33,147 nucleotides of DNA. It comes from a virus. Taxonomy: Duplodnaviria > Heunggongvirae > Uroviricota > Caudoviricetes. Numbering within the stretch: position 1 is the first letter of the stretch; every line of letters begins with the position of its first letter. A program made the position numbers and the translations under genes. Positions 32,218 to 33,147 of the stretch are shown here, in pieces. Location of the stretch: the IMG/VR virus record IMGVR_UViG_2630968543_000006, one strand, 5' to 3'. The notes beneath the pieces are model-generated. The model did no database searches. It had not been told where the DNA came from and worked only from the letters and a program-made list of their open reading frames with translations.

Positions 32218-33147
32218 TGAACCGCCCCGGGTTTCCTGGAGAGTATTTTATCTGTGAACTCAGGCTGCCAGATCATCGTTTCCGATGGAAGCATAATAAG
32301 CTTTTTCTGCTTCTGCCGGAGGAGTATGGCCCAGCCTTTCCAGCAATCGTCGATTGTTATACCAGTCCACCCACGTGAGTGTGGCCAGTTCCACTTCTGC
32401 ACGGTTTTTCCAGCTCTTACGGTGTATTACCTCCGCTTTGTAAAGACCATTGATGCTCTCCGCCATCGCGTTGTCATACGAGTCGCCTGTACTTCCTGTT
32501 GATGCCAGTAATCCGGCTTCCTTAAGCCGCTGTGTGTAGGCCAGCGATACATACTGAGAACCTTTATCACTGTGATGGACCGTGCCGGACGGTCGACGGG
32601 CCCATAACGCCTGCTCCAGTGCATCCAGCACGAATGTCGTCTCCATGGACGATGAGACCCGCCACCCCACAATGTATCCGGCAAACACATCAATGATGAA
32701 CGCCACATAGACGAAGCCCTGCCATGTGCTGACGTAAGTAAAATCAGCCACCCACAGCTGGTCAGGTCGTTCTGCCACGAACTGACGGTTTACGCGGTCG
32801 CCTGCGGCAACGGCTTTCCGGCTGATGGTCGTACGGACCTTTTTACCCCGGAGAACACCGGCAAGTCCCATAACCGCCATGAGACGTGCCACAGTGCATC
32901 TGGCCACTCTGATACCTTCCCGTAACAACTGACGCCAGACTTTACGCACACCGTATACCTTGTGATTTTCATCGTATACGCGCTGTATCTCTTTCTTCAG
33001 CCAGTCATCGCGCTGCGCACGGGCACTGCGTTTATCCGGATGATGTCGCTGTTGCTGACAGTGGTAATACGTTGACGGGGCAATATGCAGTTCGCTGCAT
33101 AGCGGTCCGACCCCGTACTGCTCACGCAGCTTATCCAGCAGTGGCAT
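32218..33147 (-). mobile_element. IS3-family insertion sequence (IS629/IS1203-like), terminal inverted-repeat end at 32218; extends beyond the window
   Basis: IS3-type end tgaaccgccccgggtttcctggagag beginning with TG at 32218, about 40 bp beyond the orfB stop. Element identity is from memory. Confidence 0.8.
32260..33147 (-). CDS. IS3-family transposase OrfB (DDE integrase catalytic domain); start is at the window edge and may lie upstream
   Basis: 295 aa. MPLLDKLREQYGVGPLCSELHIAPSTYYH...LWVADFTYVSTWQGFVYVAFIIDVFAGYIVGW...HHSDKGSQYVS...DNAMAESINGLYKAE carries the D, D...E hallmarks of IS3-family OrfB. Confidence 0.9.
   Translation of the reverse strand: MPLLDKLREQYGVGPLCSELHIAPSTYYHCQQQRHHPDKRSARAQRDDWLKKEIQRVYDENHKVYGVRKVWRQLLREGIRVARCTVARLMAVMGLAGVLRGKKVRTTISRKAVAAGDRVNRQFVAERPDQLWVADFTYVSTWQGFVYVAFIIDVFAGYIVGWRVSSSMETTFVLDALEQALWARRPSGTVHHSDKGSQYVSLAYTQRLKEAGLLASTGSTGDSYDNAMAESINGLYKAEVIHRKSWKNRAEVELATLTWVDWYNNRRLLERLGHTPPAEAEKAYYASIGNDDLAA

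Overview
This window is the right-hand ~33 kb of a lambda-like prophage inserted at the lambda attB site. Host flank is 1-90 and attR (P-O-B') has its 15-bp core at 91-105, with a sib/tI-like hairpin at 252-291. Almost all phage genes are on the minus strand in lambda map order (right to left in the window): cos, Nu1, A, W, B, C/Nu3, D, E, FI, FII, Z, U, V, G-T (with the -1 slippery site), H, M, L, K, I, J, lom, stf, then two accessory fibre-region ORFs and a small membrane protein next to attR. To the right of cos the region is mosaic: DLP12-type nin/Q genes (ybcN-ninE-ybcO-rusA-ylcG-Q), an oppositely oriented NmpC/Lc-type porin gene between Q and the lysis genes, a phage-21-type lysis cassette (pinholin S, SAR endolysin, Rz/Rz1), bor and a ylcI-like ORF. 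Further right are a 66-aa ORF, a 637-bp stretch with no ORF of 60 aa or more, a secreted 164-aa protein with its own terminator, a wHTH gene fragment, and an IS3-family (IS629-like) element running off the window edge. The main anomalies are a +1 frameshift in tail assembly gene I at a G7 homopolymer, the IS insertion in the early region, a non-lambda fibre module, and the ORF-poor stretch. I did not find a clearly novel multi-gene system; the candidates are small accessory loci of unknown function. All identifications rest on recalled similarity to lambda, phage 21 and DLP12 proteins and on reading the sequence; no searches were run.
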